DNA of 64,000 bases. It comes from Octopus vulgaris (lineage: Eukaryota). The notes beneath the pieces are model-generated. The model was not told the DNA's origin. It did not search any database and worked only from the letters and a program-made list of their open reading frames with translations. The stretch covers positions 23,436,001 through 23,500,000 of the forward strand of contig OX597825.1 in NCBI GenBank assembly GCA_951406725.2, read 5' to 3'. Positions 1 to 11,803 of the stretch are shown here, one piece after another (position 1 is the stretch's first letter; each line of letters starts with the position of its first letter). Made by a program: the position numbers and the translations under genes.

Positions 1-385
1 ATGCGCAGGAGTGGCTGTGTGGTAAGTAGCTTGCTAACCAACCACATGGTTCCGGGTTCAGTCCCACTGCGTGGCATCTTGGGCAAGTGCCTTCTGCTAT
101 AGCCTCGGGCCGACCAATGCCTTGTGAGTGGATTTGGTAGACGGAAACTGAAAGAAGCCTGTCGCATATATGTATATATTTATGTTTGTGTGTCTGTGTT
201 TGTCCCCCTAGCATTGCTTGACAACCGATGCTGGTGTGTTTACGTCCCCGTCACTTAGCGGTTCGGCAAAAAGAGACCGATAGAATAAGTACTGGGCTTA
301 CAAAAGAATAAGTCCCGGGGTCGATTTGCTCGACTAAAGGCGGTGCTCCAGCATGGCTGCAGTCAAATGACTGAAACAAGTACAT
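1..385 (+). mobile_element. tRNA-derived SINE, family A (Octopus-type, CORE-like middle, internal (TA)n/(TG)n)
   Basis: Head GGAGTGGCTGTGTGGTAAG...GGTTCAGTCCC (A/B-box-like), then CCTTGGGCAAG-like core. About 15 related copies in this window. Confidence 0.9.
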
Positions 386-429
386 AAAAAAAAAAAAAAA
401 AAAATGTATTGTATAGGTTTTATCATAGT

Positions 430-1210
430 TATTCTAAGCTGAGTTTCACGTTTCTGATCTTCAGCTTATAATGAATGCATGTGTGTTTATTCCCACCACC
501 CATCATCTCTCTAACTACAGTATTCTGCTTGTATTGATACTAAATGGGTGCAGAACCGCATTTTCTCTAGCATTACTGTAATACTTCTTATCCTTCTCAC
601 TATCCAGAACCATTTCATTTCATAACCATCCTTCATTCGGGTTGCTGATCCGTGGAATAAGCTGCCGGACGAGATAGTGAAGATGTCGATGACCGCTCGG
701 TTCAAAGTCTCTCTTGACTAGAAATGGCCTGAACTCTTTGCATGAACACCCTCCCTGTACATAACTCCATATCCCCCTACATGGCCTTGCTTTTTGCTTT
801 TTGAGCCAAAAAATTAACTTAACTTAACTTAACTTCATTCTTAATACTGTCTGCCCACATTTTGCGTTTATCATTATCCCGTGCCAGCAAATAATCTATC
901 CTTCTCTACTGCCATACATCTCTCAATCTCCTCATGCACTATATCTGTATTTGTACCCTATACTCTTGAAGCCTCCATAATTCTAAGATTGCCTATATTA
1001 CACTGAGTGACCCTGGTGGATCCTGTGAAATCCTGGGTCTGGCATTTCTGTAGATTTTTTTCAGATTGAGATGATTGTGCACATATGTTCTCTGATGCAA
1101 ACGTTCAATTTTTCTGGTGGTGCTTCCAATCTAGAATGCTCTGCATTTACTCCAGACTACCTCATATATCACACAAACCCTTGAGTACATTTTGAACTTC
1201 TCAGACGTGG
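430..1210 (-). mobile_element. Degraded Penelope-like element, GIY-YIG endonuclease remnant, interrupted by other TE fragments
   Basis: Minus strand 1175-1080 reads CVIYEVVWSKCRAF*IGSTTRK/(frameshift)LNVCIREH, matching the VIY-x-C-xx-C-YIG-x-T-x-R-x-L-xx-R-xx-EH pattern. NLRIMEA follows near 990-970. Confidence 0.7.
620..836 (+). mobile_element. CR1/L2-clade LINE 3' end
   Basis: Reads FIRVADPWNKLPDEIVKMSMTARFKVSLD (WNxLP...FK ORF2 C-terminus) and ends in a (TTAAC)n tail. Confidence 0.75.
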
Positions 1211-1295
1211 GCCCCTGTGACTAACTTTACCCTCTACCTGGGCTCCTGAGTGAAATAATAAATAATTGCGTATACAGCTCAAGAGTAACAATTGC

Positions 1296-1479
1296 AGGTA
1301 AACTAATGGACTGAGTCACAAAACAATTCACAGGAGAATGACAAAAATAGCCTTTCTCTCAGCTACCATATTTATTAGGTAAATTAATGGACAGAATCAT
1401 ATAAAAAAATTCAGGAAAATAACGATAATAGGCTTTTCTCTCAGCCACCATATTTGTCAGGTACACTAATGGACATATT
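1296..1479. repeat. Diverged ~80-bp tandem repeat, ~2.3 copies
   Basis: AGGTAAAYTAATGGAC...TTTCTCTCAGCYACCATATTT recurs at ~1296, ~1377 and ~1459. Confidence 0.8.
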
Positions 1480-1669
1480 TATTCACCTGAATCACTACTT
1501 TCCTCATCACTTTCACCAATTTGATTGTCTGGATCACTCTCATTGCCAGCATAAGTGTAAATTCTTCATCGGAAGAATAAACATCAATAATTTCCTCAAC
1601 TGCAATGAGTCTAGGCCTTGCTTGTTTACAAGATGAAGTACTGGGTTCATTACATGCTCGTTTCATCAC
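1480..1669 (-). pseudogene. Frameshifted acidic N-terminus, possibly from a piggyBac-type transposase
   Basis: MKRACNEPSTSS...EEIIDVYSSDEEF, then after a frameshift YAGNESDPDNQIGESDEESSDSGE*. Composition resembles PGBD N-termini, but no catalytic domain is visible. Confidence 0.3.
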
Positions 1670-2065
1670 AGTGGGGTTTTTTTCTTCTTTTAATTAAAAA
1701 CCACAGTAAACAACAGCTATGGCGAGAATACCATTAAGTATGAGTCACAGACACACTTGACTACAAAGCTGTAAAGTGATCAGTTGTCTGTTTTAATATT
1801 TCATCTCTCTTTTTCTATGCGTGTTGTTCATTATCACTTCTGTGAGAATCCAGCAAAGATGGCATAAATGTTATTTCTGCTTTAGTGGGAACATGACATG
1901 GCAGGGTGAAGATGTTGGTGGGTAAATAAATAGTGTGCATCCCTCAATACTATTTATGGTATGATTTCTAGACAGAAATTTCATTAGGGATGGAGAAAGC
2001 TGAAACCAACTGTAAACAATAGAAAGGAGTCACACAAAGCAGATTGTTTGTTATAACATCACAAG

Positions 2066-2250
2066 CCTGTGCATGTTACCAGTCAGCACATGTCACCAGT
2101 CTGTGCATGCCACTGGCCTGTGCATGACACCAGTCTGCTCATGTCACCTGTCTGTGCATGTTACCAGCCTGCACATGTCACCAGTCTGTGCATGTCACCA
2201 GTCTGCTCATGTCACCTGTCTGTGCAAGTCACCACTTTGCGCATGCCACC
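2066..2250. repeat. 17-bp minisatellite (CTGTGCATGTCACCAGT)n, ~10 copies
   Basis: Direct tandem repeats. Explains the ORFs at 2069 and 2073. Confidence 0.9.
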
Positions 2251-2305
2251 ATCTACCCCCAAAGCATCTGAGGAGTGGCTTATTCCACCCCTCATTTTTC
2301 CACCT

Positions 2306-2340
2306 GTCCTGAAGATGGGGCCATAACCTTGAAATATTGA
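2306..2340 (+). ncRNA. Degenerate minimal hammerhead-like motif
   Basis: tc-CTGAAGA-t-gggg(ccataa)cctt-GAAA-tat-t-ga. Stem I is only 2 bp. Confidence 0.35.
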
Positions 2341-3284
2341 AATATAAGATAAAACTTCAACTGTTGTACTGTTTTCCTTTTTTGTAGTTTACTTTGTAGT
2401 TCACTTTGCATTGTTTTGGTCTTATCTCACAAGTTTTTAAGTTTATCCAACACACACACATACATGCATGTGTGCATGCACACACACTCTCTCTCTCACA
2501 CACACACATGCGTATATATGAATATGCTCACACCCATATACACATGTATATGTGTATGTGCGAATGTATGTGAGGATTGACATTCATGGATTCACTTGAA
2601 CAAAGTGGTCATCTTGTTCACACACTTTGTTGAAATTATGACCAGTTGCTTTGTGCATTCAGACGCCTGTGGAATAAGAAATGCTTTATTTGAAAAGCTG
2701 GTAAGGGTTGGCAATGGCAAGAGCATCTGGTCATGAAATCCTTCCTCAAAAACATGCCCGTCCATAGCCATGATAGCATGGAAGGAAAAAAGACGAATAT
2801 TAAACAAACAAGTAGATAAATGAATGGGTAAAGAGGAAACATTTTTACATAAGACATGCATATAATTTGAAGTAAACATACAGTGAAATTGTGGTTTTGT
2901 TTTAATATTAGTTGATATTGTAGCAAGTCTTTGCCCCATTTTGAACCTGAGACTTGCTTTTTTGTTGATGAAGAAAAACTTTGTCAACAACAACTGAATC
3001 TGATGACATCATGAAGAAATTATCTAATAATGCTCATTGCCCAGATAACATGTGGATTGACTGCCATCAGCTAAAAATTAATCATTCAAAAATTGCCAAA
3101 AATTCCAGTTATGGTTGTTGAGGGCAATCAATGAAAACCTGCATAAGGTTTCCCCACCAAAAACAATGAAGCGCCACCAAGCAGGTATCCAAACACAGAC
3201 AGTAGTGCATTAGCAGCCTTTCATCCACCAGCTTTAGAACTTGACACTTAGACTTAGCACTCATAAAGAACCGCCTCTATGATA

Positions 3285-3536
3285 AGAGTTACTGAAGTAT
3301 GGAACAAACTGCCGGCATCAGTTGTTAGTTGTCGGAGCACTGCATCCTTCAAAACTTCCATGTTTCCTGAGGTTCGCCAACACTACACCTGATTTTCTCC
3401 CCTCCATACACACGCAAGCATGTATCTGACTCATACACTGTTCACTTTCCAGACATTTGTACATTACCGCGTATGCTTTATATGCACTTTTGACAAGTTG
3501 TGGTGCACCTGAGCACTGTATACAATAATTTCATTA
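3285..3536 (+). mobile_element. CR1-like LINE 3' end (second family)
   Basis: RVTEVWNKLPASVVSCRSTASFKTSM, then a 3' UTR ending AATAATTTCATTAT. Homologous to 17860-18200 and 49588-49960. Confidence 0.8.
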
Positions 3537-3928
3537 TCTCTCTATATATAAAGCTGAAGTTGTCTGTGTATGACAGGTTTGGTAGCCTTCAACTAACACT
3601 ATCTCCTCCAAGACCCTGCGGTGCAAGTTGACCAATATTGAGAGTATGATAGAAGAAGGCTTGCTCTTCCTTCCGTAGAAGATAAAATTCAAATCGGACC
3701 ATATTAAAACCAAAAATTATTTACATCAAAAAGGTGCTTTTTTCTATGAAAATCCCTATTTTTTACGATTTTTTTACTGCTGTGTTGCCATTTTTTGGTG
3801 CACTTCAACCAGAAAAATGTTCACTTAAAGAGACTGACAAGCTACATAATGCAAAATTTTTTACATTTCAAAAATTCCAATTCTAAAGGGTGGAAACAAA
3901 CCCGAGCAATGCCGGGCAATACTGCTAG
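3537..3928 (+). mobile_element. Non-autonomous Helitron, family H1, full length
   Basis: A|TCTC 5' end, subterminal hairpin CCCGAGCAATGCCGGG, CTAG|T 3' end, no TSD. Three copies in the window. Confidence 0.85.
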
Positions 3929-4597
3929 TATTATATATTATTATAAACACTGTTATTATGAAAATAACTTTTTTTCCTTCTTTTCTGTTAACTCTGTCAG
4001 ACCTTTGGGTTTGATGTTCATTTCGTAAACAATAAATATTGCATGAAAGATTGAAACCGCAACTTTGTTTTCATATTTCCGTTTCATTTCGTTTTGCATT
4101 CACACAACTGTTTCAAGTATATCGATGAAATGGTTAATGTACTGTATATTACAAAGCTTTTGGTTGTATATCAAACTACAACTAATGACATTTTATTGTG
4201 CTCTTAAAAGTACATTTGGGACGTAGTCACAATGCAAAGCACACTGTTCTCTATAGCTATCAATTGTAGTCTTTGTTACCACATCGTTGTAGTATCTTGA
4301 AAGAATCACTATAAGCCATGTCAGAAACTATCAATACTTCCAAAACTAGTGTTTCATTTTCCTTTCTTGTTTTTGTGTTTTTTCTTTTTGATTTACTTTT
4401 AAGTTACTATAACAAATATATAAACCGTCAATAATGTCAGATTAATTACTTGGGTGGTTTAATCAATTATAACTGCAGAAACAAAGGCTGTGACTTTGAT
4501 TCTATAAAGGATCTTTAGAAAACATTTGATATATGTTTAGCAAGCTGCCAGCTTTCACTTACCCCAAATGCATTCTGTTTTCTTTCTTATTGATTAG

Positions 4598-4606
4598 TCT
4601 GAATAA
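4598..4606 (+). CDS. Candidate 9-nt microexon of the host gene (phase 2-2)
   Basis: tgcattctgttttctttcttattgattAG|TCTGAATAA|GTAAGC. Only phase 2 is stop-free, which matches the phase-2 start of exon 16335. Confidence 0.3.
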   Translation, partial: SE

Positions 4607-4934
4607 GTAAGCCTTTTCAAACTTTTGTATTAAGGTATAACGATTATTGAGTAAGCTTAATGCAGACAATGTGCAGTTTAAATTCTTGCCAGTTAGTTAG
4701 TAAGATGAAAAGATATTCACCAAAATAGGAATTCTCCTGGGAGGTACAGCTCTTACAAAAATAATTCTGAATTGTGCAGGGTTGTTTGTTCTTGTATGAA
4801 GTTTATAGAGAATGACATTGTTGACGTAATGAGGGGATAGAGAAATGAGACAAGTATAGGGGAGGAACAGAACAGAAACTGTTGTAAACAGAGAAAAGAT
4901 GTGGCCCAGCTGTGGCCATCAGTTGTGAGTTTTT

Positions 4935-5227
4935 TTGTTTTTTGTTTGTTCCTTCTCGAGCCATGCCTGGCTCATAAAGGCCGGTTTCTCGGTTTCCTTG
5001 GCGTATAGGTTCTCCACCTGGACGAGACGTCGGTCCATCGCAGGTGAGCTGCAAGATGCAGGAAGAAAGAGTGAGAGAAAGTTGTGGCAAAAGAGTCAGC
5101 AGAAGTTCGCCATTACCTTCTGCCTGATACACTTTCAGCTTAGGTGTTTTGCCCGGTCTGAGATTCGAACCTGCGATCCCTCGACTGCGAGTCCGCTGCT
5201 CTAACCACTAGGCCATGTGCTTCCACC
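4935..5227 (-). mobile_element. tRNA-derived SINE, family C
   Basis: Reverse strand begins GGCCTAGTGGTTAGAGCAGCGGACTCGCAGTCGAGGGATCGCAGGTTCGAATC (tRNA-like A and B boxes). Confidence 0.85.
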
Positions 5228-5504
5228 TGTTGCAAGTTAAAGTGTGCATATTAAGTTCTGTGAAAGATTTTCCATATCAAAACAGAATGGATAATTTCAA
5301 ATGTGGTTCTTCTACCATCATCATTGCTTTTATTCACCTTCTCAGTTCTGTTGCTGTAAATAAACAAGCACATAATTAAGTTATGGGGCCTCTTTAATTA
5401 AACTTGCAGTGAATAAGGCAACTTCACATGTGGTATTGCCATGGTAAAACATACTTGGTACTCTCTGTAAAGTAGTTAGTAATGAAATGTGAGGTTGAGA
5501 GGTC

Positions 5505-5895
5505 CCTTGATACGAGATGAGATTTTTATGTCTGAAGCTTGCTTTGCAATCATATGGTTTTGGGTTCAGTCCCACTGTGGAGCACCTTTGGTAAATGTCT
5601 ATTGCCCCAGGCTGACTAATGCCTTATGAGTGAATTTGTTAGATGGAAACTGTATTGAAGCCTGTCATATATGTATGTATGTGTGTGTGCTTTGAGTCTG
5701 TATTTGTGTTGTTGCAGCCCCAACTCCCTCATTTTTTTGTCGCTGTTAGCAGTTTAGCAAAAGGGCTAAAATAGACTAACTACTGAACTTTAAAAAAAAT
5801 TAAGTCTAATGCCAGGTTTGATTTGTTTGACTAAACCCTTCAAGTTGGTGCTCCAGCATGGCCACAGTTCAACAACCGAAACGTGTAAAAGATAA
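5505..5895 (+). mobile_element. SINE family A, diverged copy
   Basis: Contains GGGTTCAGTCCCACTG...GGTGCTCCAGCATGGCCACAG. Confidence 0.75.
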
Positions 5896-6213
5896 AATGT
5901 AAACATCTCAAAGCAGAGTAGTGGATTGGCAGACCTGTTGGAACAACAAATAGGATGATGTGTGGTATGATATTTGGCGCTTTGTGTTATGATTGGCAAC
6001 TCTTGTAATAGTATTAGTGTTAAGCTGGGGCGACCTTCTGTCCCTGGGACAACATTGACAACAAGGACAGGGGTGATTTGCATGTCGGTCAATATCTTTC
6101 ACAAAAGCTTTGCCCAAGCCTGCTCATTAACTTTGTCAAGCAATGTTTTTTTTTCTCCATTGTTTAATGAAGTAGATTGGGGGTAACATTGCCAAACCTG
6201 CAGACTATCTTAA

Positions 6214-6452
6214 AAGGTGGCGAGCTGGCAGAATCGTTAGCACGCCGGGCGAAATGCTTAGCAGTATTTCGTCTGCCACTGTGTTCTGAGTTCAAATTCT
6301 GCCGAGGTCGACTTTGCCTTTCATCCTTTCAGTGTCGATTAAATAAGTACCAGTTATGACACTGGGGTCGATGTAATTGACTTAATCCGTTTGTCTGTCC
6401 TTGATTGTCCCTTCTGTGTTTAGCCCCTTGTGGGTAGTAAAGAAATAGGTAT
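6214..6452 (+). mobile_element. SINE family B (Nin/Meta-like core)
   Basis: GGCGAGCTGGCAGAA...GAGTTCAAATTC...GTCGACTTTGCCTTTCATCCTTTC. At least 8 copies in the window. Confidence 0.85.
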
Positions 6453-6689
6453 TATTGCCTTAAACCTTTCATTACCTTATTTTTATTGAAATACACTACC
6501 TTTGTTTCAATTAATTTTGAGATGATAGAAAGATGGAAGCCTTGGAGTATAATTGCATGAAAATTCTAATAAATCTTTGATTTTGAAGCAGAGAAAGGAA
6601 ATTGTAGACTGTTAATGAATAAATTTCTCCAAAGATATATTCTATTTTCAAGATTTCACAGCTCTGGCACCACTTCTACATAGCCAACC

Positions 6690-7000
6690 CTTGTGTGTTT
6701 ACAGAGGATAATTTTAATTGGAAGAGCAAATATTCTACTATTCACTAGAATTAAACTATGGACCCTGACCAAATTTGAGGAGTGGTGCTGGCGGCTATGG
6801 CTGCTACTGTTGCTACCCCTAGCAGAGGAGAAAGATGAGGATGAAATGTTAGATTTAATGAACCTTCTGACTGCACCATTGATAAAGACCTGTAGTCTCT
6901 TTACAAATTGGCCAGTTTCAAGTGCTTGGAATCTCATGCTGTAGATTAGCACTTAACTCATGGAAGCAGATGTGAAAGGAGGAAAGAGGCAGAAACATCA
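6690..7000 (+). mobile_element. Highly degraded RTE-clade LINE ORF C-terminus
   Basis: FEEWCWRLWL...EEKDEDEML resembles the RTE motif FEMWCxRRML..W.E...NEEVL. LMEADVKGGKR resembles the terminal LIMEGKxxGKR motif. Confidence 0.5.
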
Positions 7001-7159
7001 CATATTTGAGACATCGCATTCTAGAAATAATGTGGGAAATTTAGAAGTGTTTCAGTATGCTCCTACAGAATCTGTATAATTTTAAATTTAATTGGAACAC
7101 ACCTGTGTGCTATTGTTACTCTGTGTGGGTGTGTTTCTGTATGTGTGTGTATCTTTAAA

Positions 7160-7408
7160 TTTTTTTATTCATTAGACTGCGGCCATGCTGGGGCATCACC
7201 TTGAGGAATTTTAGTTGAATGAATTGAACCCTGTACTTATTTTTTCTTAAGGCTGGTATTTATTTTATCGGTCACTTTTGCTGAACCTTTGCGAAGTTAT
7301 AGGGATGTAAACACTCCGACACCAGTTATCAAGCAATAGTGGGGGACAATAGTGGGGGACAATAGTGGGGGACAAACACAGACACAAAGCACAAAGACAC
7401 ACATGCAG

Positions 7409-7459
<51 letters not shown>

Positions 7460-7690
7460 TACACACATGCACACATACATACACACACATGCTCACATAC
7501 ATGCTCACAAACACATATGCACACACATACAATGGGCTTCTTTCAGTTTCTATCTATCAAATCCACTCACAAGGCTTTGGTTGGCCCAAGGCTATAGTAG
7601 AAGACACTTGCCCAAGGTGTCACACAGTGGGACTGAACCCAGAACCATGTGGCTGGGAAGAAAACTTGTTACCACACAGCTACACCTGTA
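7160..7690 (-). mobile_element. SINE family A with expanded internal (CA)n
   Basis: Reverse complement of the family A head and tail, with a 14-bp triplication at 7335-7375. Confidence 0.85.
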
Positions 7691-7856
7691 TGTATAATTA
7701 GTAGAGTCTCAGAATCAAAAATGAGAATTACTAAATTTAAGAATTGTTCATCATATTTTGTAAAGTTGGTAATTTACAATTGTACCATGGTTCTGAGAGA
7801 CAAAAGGAGTGTATGAATCAAGTGTTTTAATACTTTGCTTGCCCTGGGTACCACAT

Positions 7857-8080
7857 TTAACCCTTTCATATTTGTGTTGAATTACTCTGTGTGTCTTTCG
7901 ATTAATTTTAAATATAACAAAGAATTTAGTAAAGTAACTTAGTTATCATTAAGCTAGTGTTAGGAATGTAAATCGTGACTAAGGTTTGGTGGAAGATTTT
8001 AATTCAGAACTTTTGAAAACAAGACATATGTACTACAGAGCCCAAGGCAGTTTCAGGTGGGTTGGTATCAAAAGGGTTAA
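7857..8080. mobile_element. piggyBac-type MITE
   Basis: TTAA|CCCTTT...AAAGGG|TTAA termini. Internal sequence is shared with 25502-25729. Confidence 0.8.
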
Positions 8081-9309
8081 TACATAGGAGATATTTCTCT
8101 GCTGTCTATGCATCGTATATGATACAAATTCCCATATTTTCTTCCAATATATTGGAGTAACTTGGGACTTACAAAAGGACAGCTTTATGTTTCTCAGAGC
8201 AAATGAAACAAGGGTTAATAAAAAAAAATCTGAAAGCAGGCATGGGTGTTTAAGACAAACTTACAAAAATGCTTTGGGCTGGTAAAGATTTAAATGAAAT
8301 TAGAAATATCAAATTTTTCAGTGGCAAAAGATTGTTATGAGATACACAAAAACTTAAATGACAAAAGAAAATGAAGACGTTATCAAATGATAAAAGCCTG
8401 ATTAAATACAGAATAAAATAGTTTATAACAATGATAATAGCTAGATTAAATATTGAGCAAAAATCGTTTAGACAGATGTGATAGGTATTGCATTAAAGGA
8501 ACTGTTTTGTTAATATTCTGGTTAAACTTATTTAAAAACATGTATGGTAATATTATGATATATATGATAATAGTATTAAAATTGCTTTACTGTTGATGTT
8601 GAAAATCCATAATCAGATCTATCAGAGCAGACACAGTGCTTTGAGATAGGCACAAGTTTTACTGGCTATTACTCAATTCATTATAACTTAGTTGCTTATC
8701 GTTTGTTTAAGCCTAGAAGCATAAGCTGGCTGAGATTGCTAGAACTGTGCTCCAAGCAGATATATATTTGTTAATCACCTCCTATAATGTGTTACTTCAC
8801 AGCAGAACTGCTATCTTCTCTGTGATAGAGTTGTTGCTTCCAAGTTTCGGATTTAGAAAACAACATCATCAAACCGTTGTATCCTCCGTCTCCAAATGTC
8901 GTGGTGCTGCCATGGATATTGTGATGGATGCATTGTGATGTCACTGGTGCCAAGCTGTATTGGCCCCTTTGCCTTTCCCTTGGATAACATCAGTGGTGTG
9001 GAGGGGAGAAGCTGGTATGCATGGGCATCTGCTGGTCTTTCATAAACAACATTGCCCAGACTTGTGCCTCAGTGGGGAACTCTCTAGGTGCAATCGCATG
9101 GTCATTCATGACTGAAGTAGGTCTTTACCTTTTTTTTACAATTTTGGTTGATCTCAGTTAAACATTTGATTGCCGAGAGTGCACAGTGATCTAACAAGTT
9201 GCTGGTGCTATAGTTTTATGTATATGTGATAATATGTAAGTAATGGATCTGAAGTACTTGGCAACTGGATTGGTGTGTAAGTAATTGGATATTCTACAGG
9301 TTTTTGTTC

Positions 9310-9665
9310 CATCATCATTATCACAATCATCACCATCATTATCACAATCATCATCATCATCATCATCACCACCACCACCACCACCACCATTATCCTCATC
9401 ATCATCATCATCATCATCATACGTCTGTTTTCCATGCTGGCATGGGTTGGACGGTTTGATAGGAGCTGGCCAGATGGAGAGCTGCTCCAGGCTCCAGTTG
9501 TCTATTTTGGTATGGTTTCCATGGTTGAGTGCCCTTCCTAACACCAAGCACTTTACAGAGTGTACTGGGTGCTTTTTATGTGGCACCAGCACCAGTGCTA
9601 ATATGTGGCACCAGCATGGGTGCTTTATTTGTAGCACCAGCGCAAGTGCTTTTTTCTTGGCACCT
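9310..9665 (-). mobile_element. RTE-type LINE 3' end with (GAT)n tail
   Basis: Reverse complement of ...GGAAGGGCA...CCGTCCAACCCATGCCAGCATGGAAAA...GATGAT. The same tail follows the RTE coding fragment at 12090. Confidence 0.8.
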
Positions 9666-9929
9666 TAATATAGTTCTCGGGTGGATTCTATGTGTCACAA
9701 TGTGACAAGGCTGGACTTTTAAATAGCTGGAAGTGGGCTTCCACACAGTTTCTGCTTACCCAATTTCACTCACAGTGCAATACTCAATCCAATGTTAGGG
9801 TTAAAAAAAAAACAAGCACAAGATGCCATGTAGGGTGTATGGATATTGAACTCTGGATCTCACTGACTGCAAGCTAACTTCTTAAACAATCAGCTATGCT
9901 GCATCCATAATAAACACTACATAACATGG

Positions 9930-10271
9930 CACTCTGTCGGTTATAATGACGAGGGTTCCAGTTGATCCGATTGACGGAACAGCCTGCTAGTGAAATTAAC
10001 ATGCAAGTGGCTGAGCACTCCACAGACACATGACATAGAGTGTAACAAGGTTGGCCCTTTGAAATACAAGTACAACAGAAACAAGAAGAAAGATTGAGAG
10101 AAAGTTCTGGTGAAAGAGTACAACAGGGTTCACCACCACCCTCTGCTGGAGCTTTGTGAAGCTTTAAGTGATTTCGCTCAATAAACACTCACAACGCCCG
10201 GTATGGGAATGGAAACCGTGATCCTTCGAGCATGAGTCCACTGCCCTAACCACTAGGCCATTGTGCCTCCA
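9930..10271 (-). mobile_element. SINE family C
   Basis: Homologous to 4935-5227 and 28845-29131. Confidence 0.8.
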
Positions 10272-10292
10272 CTACATAATATAATTATGTAT

Positions 10293-10699
10293 TACTCTTT
10301 TTACTCTTTTACTTGTTTCAGTCATTTGACTGCGGCCATACTGGAGCACCGCCTTTAATCGAGCAACTCGACCCCGGGACTTATTCTTTTGTAAGCCCAG
10401 TACTTATTCTATCGGTCTCTTTTGCCGAACCGCTAAGTAATGGGGACATAAACACACCAGCATCGGTTGTCAAGCAATGCTAGGGGGACAAACACAGACA
10501 CACAAACACACACACGCATATATATACATACATACGACGGGCTTCTTTCAGTTTCCGTCTACTAAAATCCACTCACAAGGCTTTGGTCGGCCCGAGGCTA
10601 TAGTAGAAGACACTTGCCCAAGGTTCCACACAGTGGGACTGAACCCGGAACCATGTGTTTGGTAAACAAGCTACTTACCACACAGCCACTCCTGCGACT
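10293..10699 (-). mobile_element. SINE family A, near-full-length young copy
   Basis: Close reverse complement of 1-385. Confidence 0.9.
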
Positions 10700-11803
10700 A
10701 TGTATGTAACTTAACTTTTAAAAATTTCCTTCGTCTTTTGAAACATCTGCCGCCACAGCTCCTGCTCATCGAGCAATTTAAATTTATGATTTATAATTTA
10801 TTCTATAGAAATTATATGTAGTAGTGTATGTGTGTAATTTTGAATAAATTACAGAATATAATTTTATAGCTCTATTCAGGTCTGATGTAACAAAAACATA
10901 TTTTATATGCAAGTGTTCCTTGAAATATTTTTTTTTTCTATTTAACCTCAGTTTTGTATTATCAGAATCAAATAACATGCATTGTTTTTGAAAACGTGTT
11001 TACTCTTTGTTTTCTCTTCATCATATTTTTGTTATTCTTCAGAAAATAAATTACTGACTACACAGGAAGTGAAAGGTTTTATTTGCAGCATGTATCCTTA
11101 CGTTTATTTATTTATTTTTGGAAATACAGTGAAAGAAAGAAAAAAAGAAAGAAAGAAAGGAAAAAAGAGGTGAAATATTTCCTGTTGCATTAGCAAAGAG
11201 TGTCTTTGAAATAACAAACAAATATATTCAGGCTATTCACTGTGGAATATTTTTCCCCGAAAACTTTCAATTAGTCGTAAAATCATGAATATGGTACATC
11301 CACATTTGGTCATGTTTTGTGGAAAATTCTCAGTGAAGTGTGGTGCTGAAGTCTCTTACCAAAATAAGAATGTTTTCTTTACAATATTATGTATGTGTGT
11401 GTATGTGTGTATAGATGGATAGATAGATAAATAAATAGACAGATAGATAGATACATACATAAATAGATAGATAGATAGATAGATAGATAGGTAGGTAGTC
11501 AGACAGACAGAGATAGATAGATAGAGAGATAATGGTATCATTTTAACGACAATTGTTTGCTAATGATTTGATAATTACTTCCATTTATTTTATCCCTTTG
11601 CTTTTTTTTAATGATCTAAGTTGAAACACAAAAATTTTAATTAGCATAATGCAATTAGCAACAATTTATGTGTGTGTGCATGCATATGTGTGCATATATA
11701 TATATATATATGTGAAAATCTTAGTAATCCAATCAAGTTGTAAAACTGAAGAAATAAATGAAGTTGAAAATGCACACAATATATGAAGATTTATTTCAAT
11801 TTT

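Noticed and set aside
2995-3030. Other CTGAnGA hits (e.g. ~3000, ~15370, ~16980, ~31437, ~57820)
   Set aside because: No stem II, GAAA and stem I arrangement.
5150-5227. tRNA genes (also ~30100 and ~54022)
   Set aside because: These are SINE heads. No complete acceptor stem, and they continue into repeat bodies.
6693-7078. Host-gene exon or signal-peptide-like ORF
   Set aside because: Better explained as a decayed RTE ORF C-terminus with frame disruptions.
8110-8460. Possible second GIY-YIG remnant (YIGVT)
   Set aside because: Too degraded to support beyond a 5-residue match.
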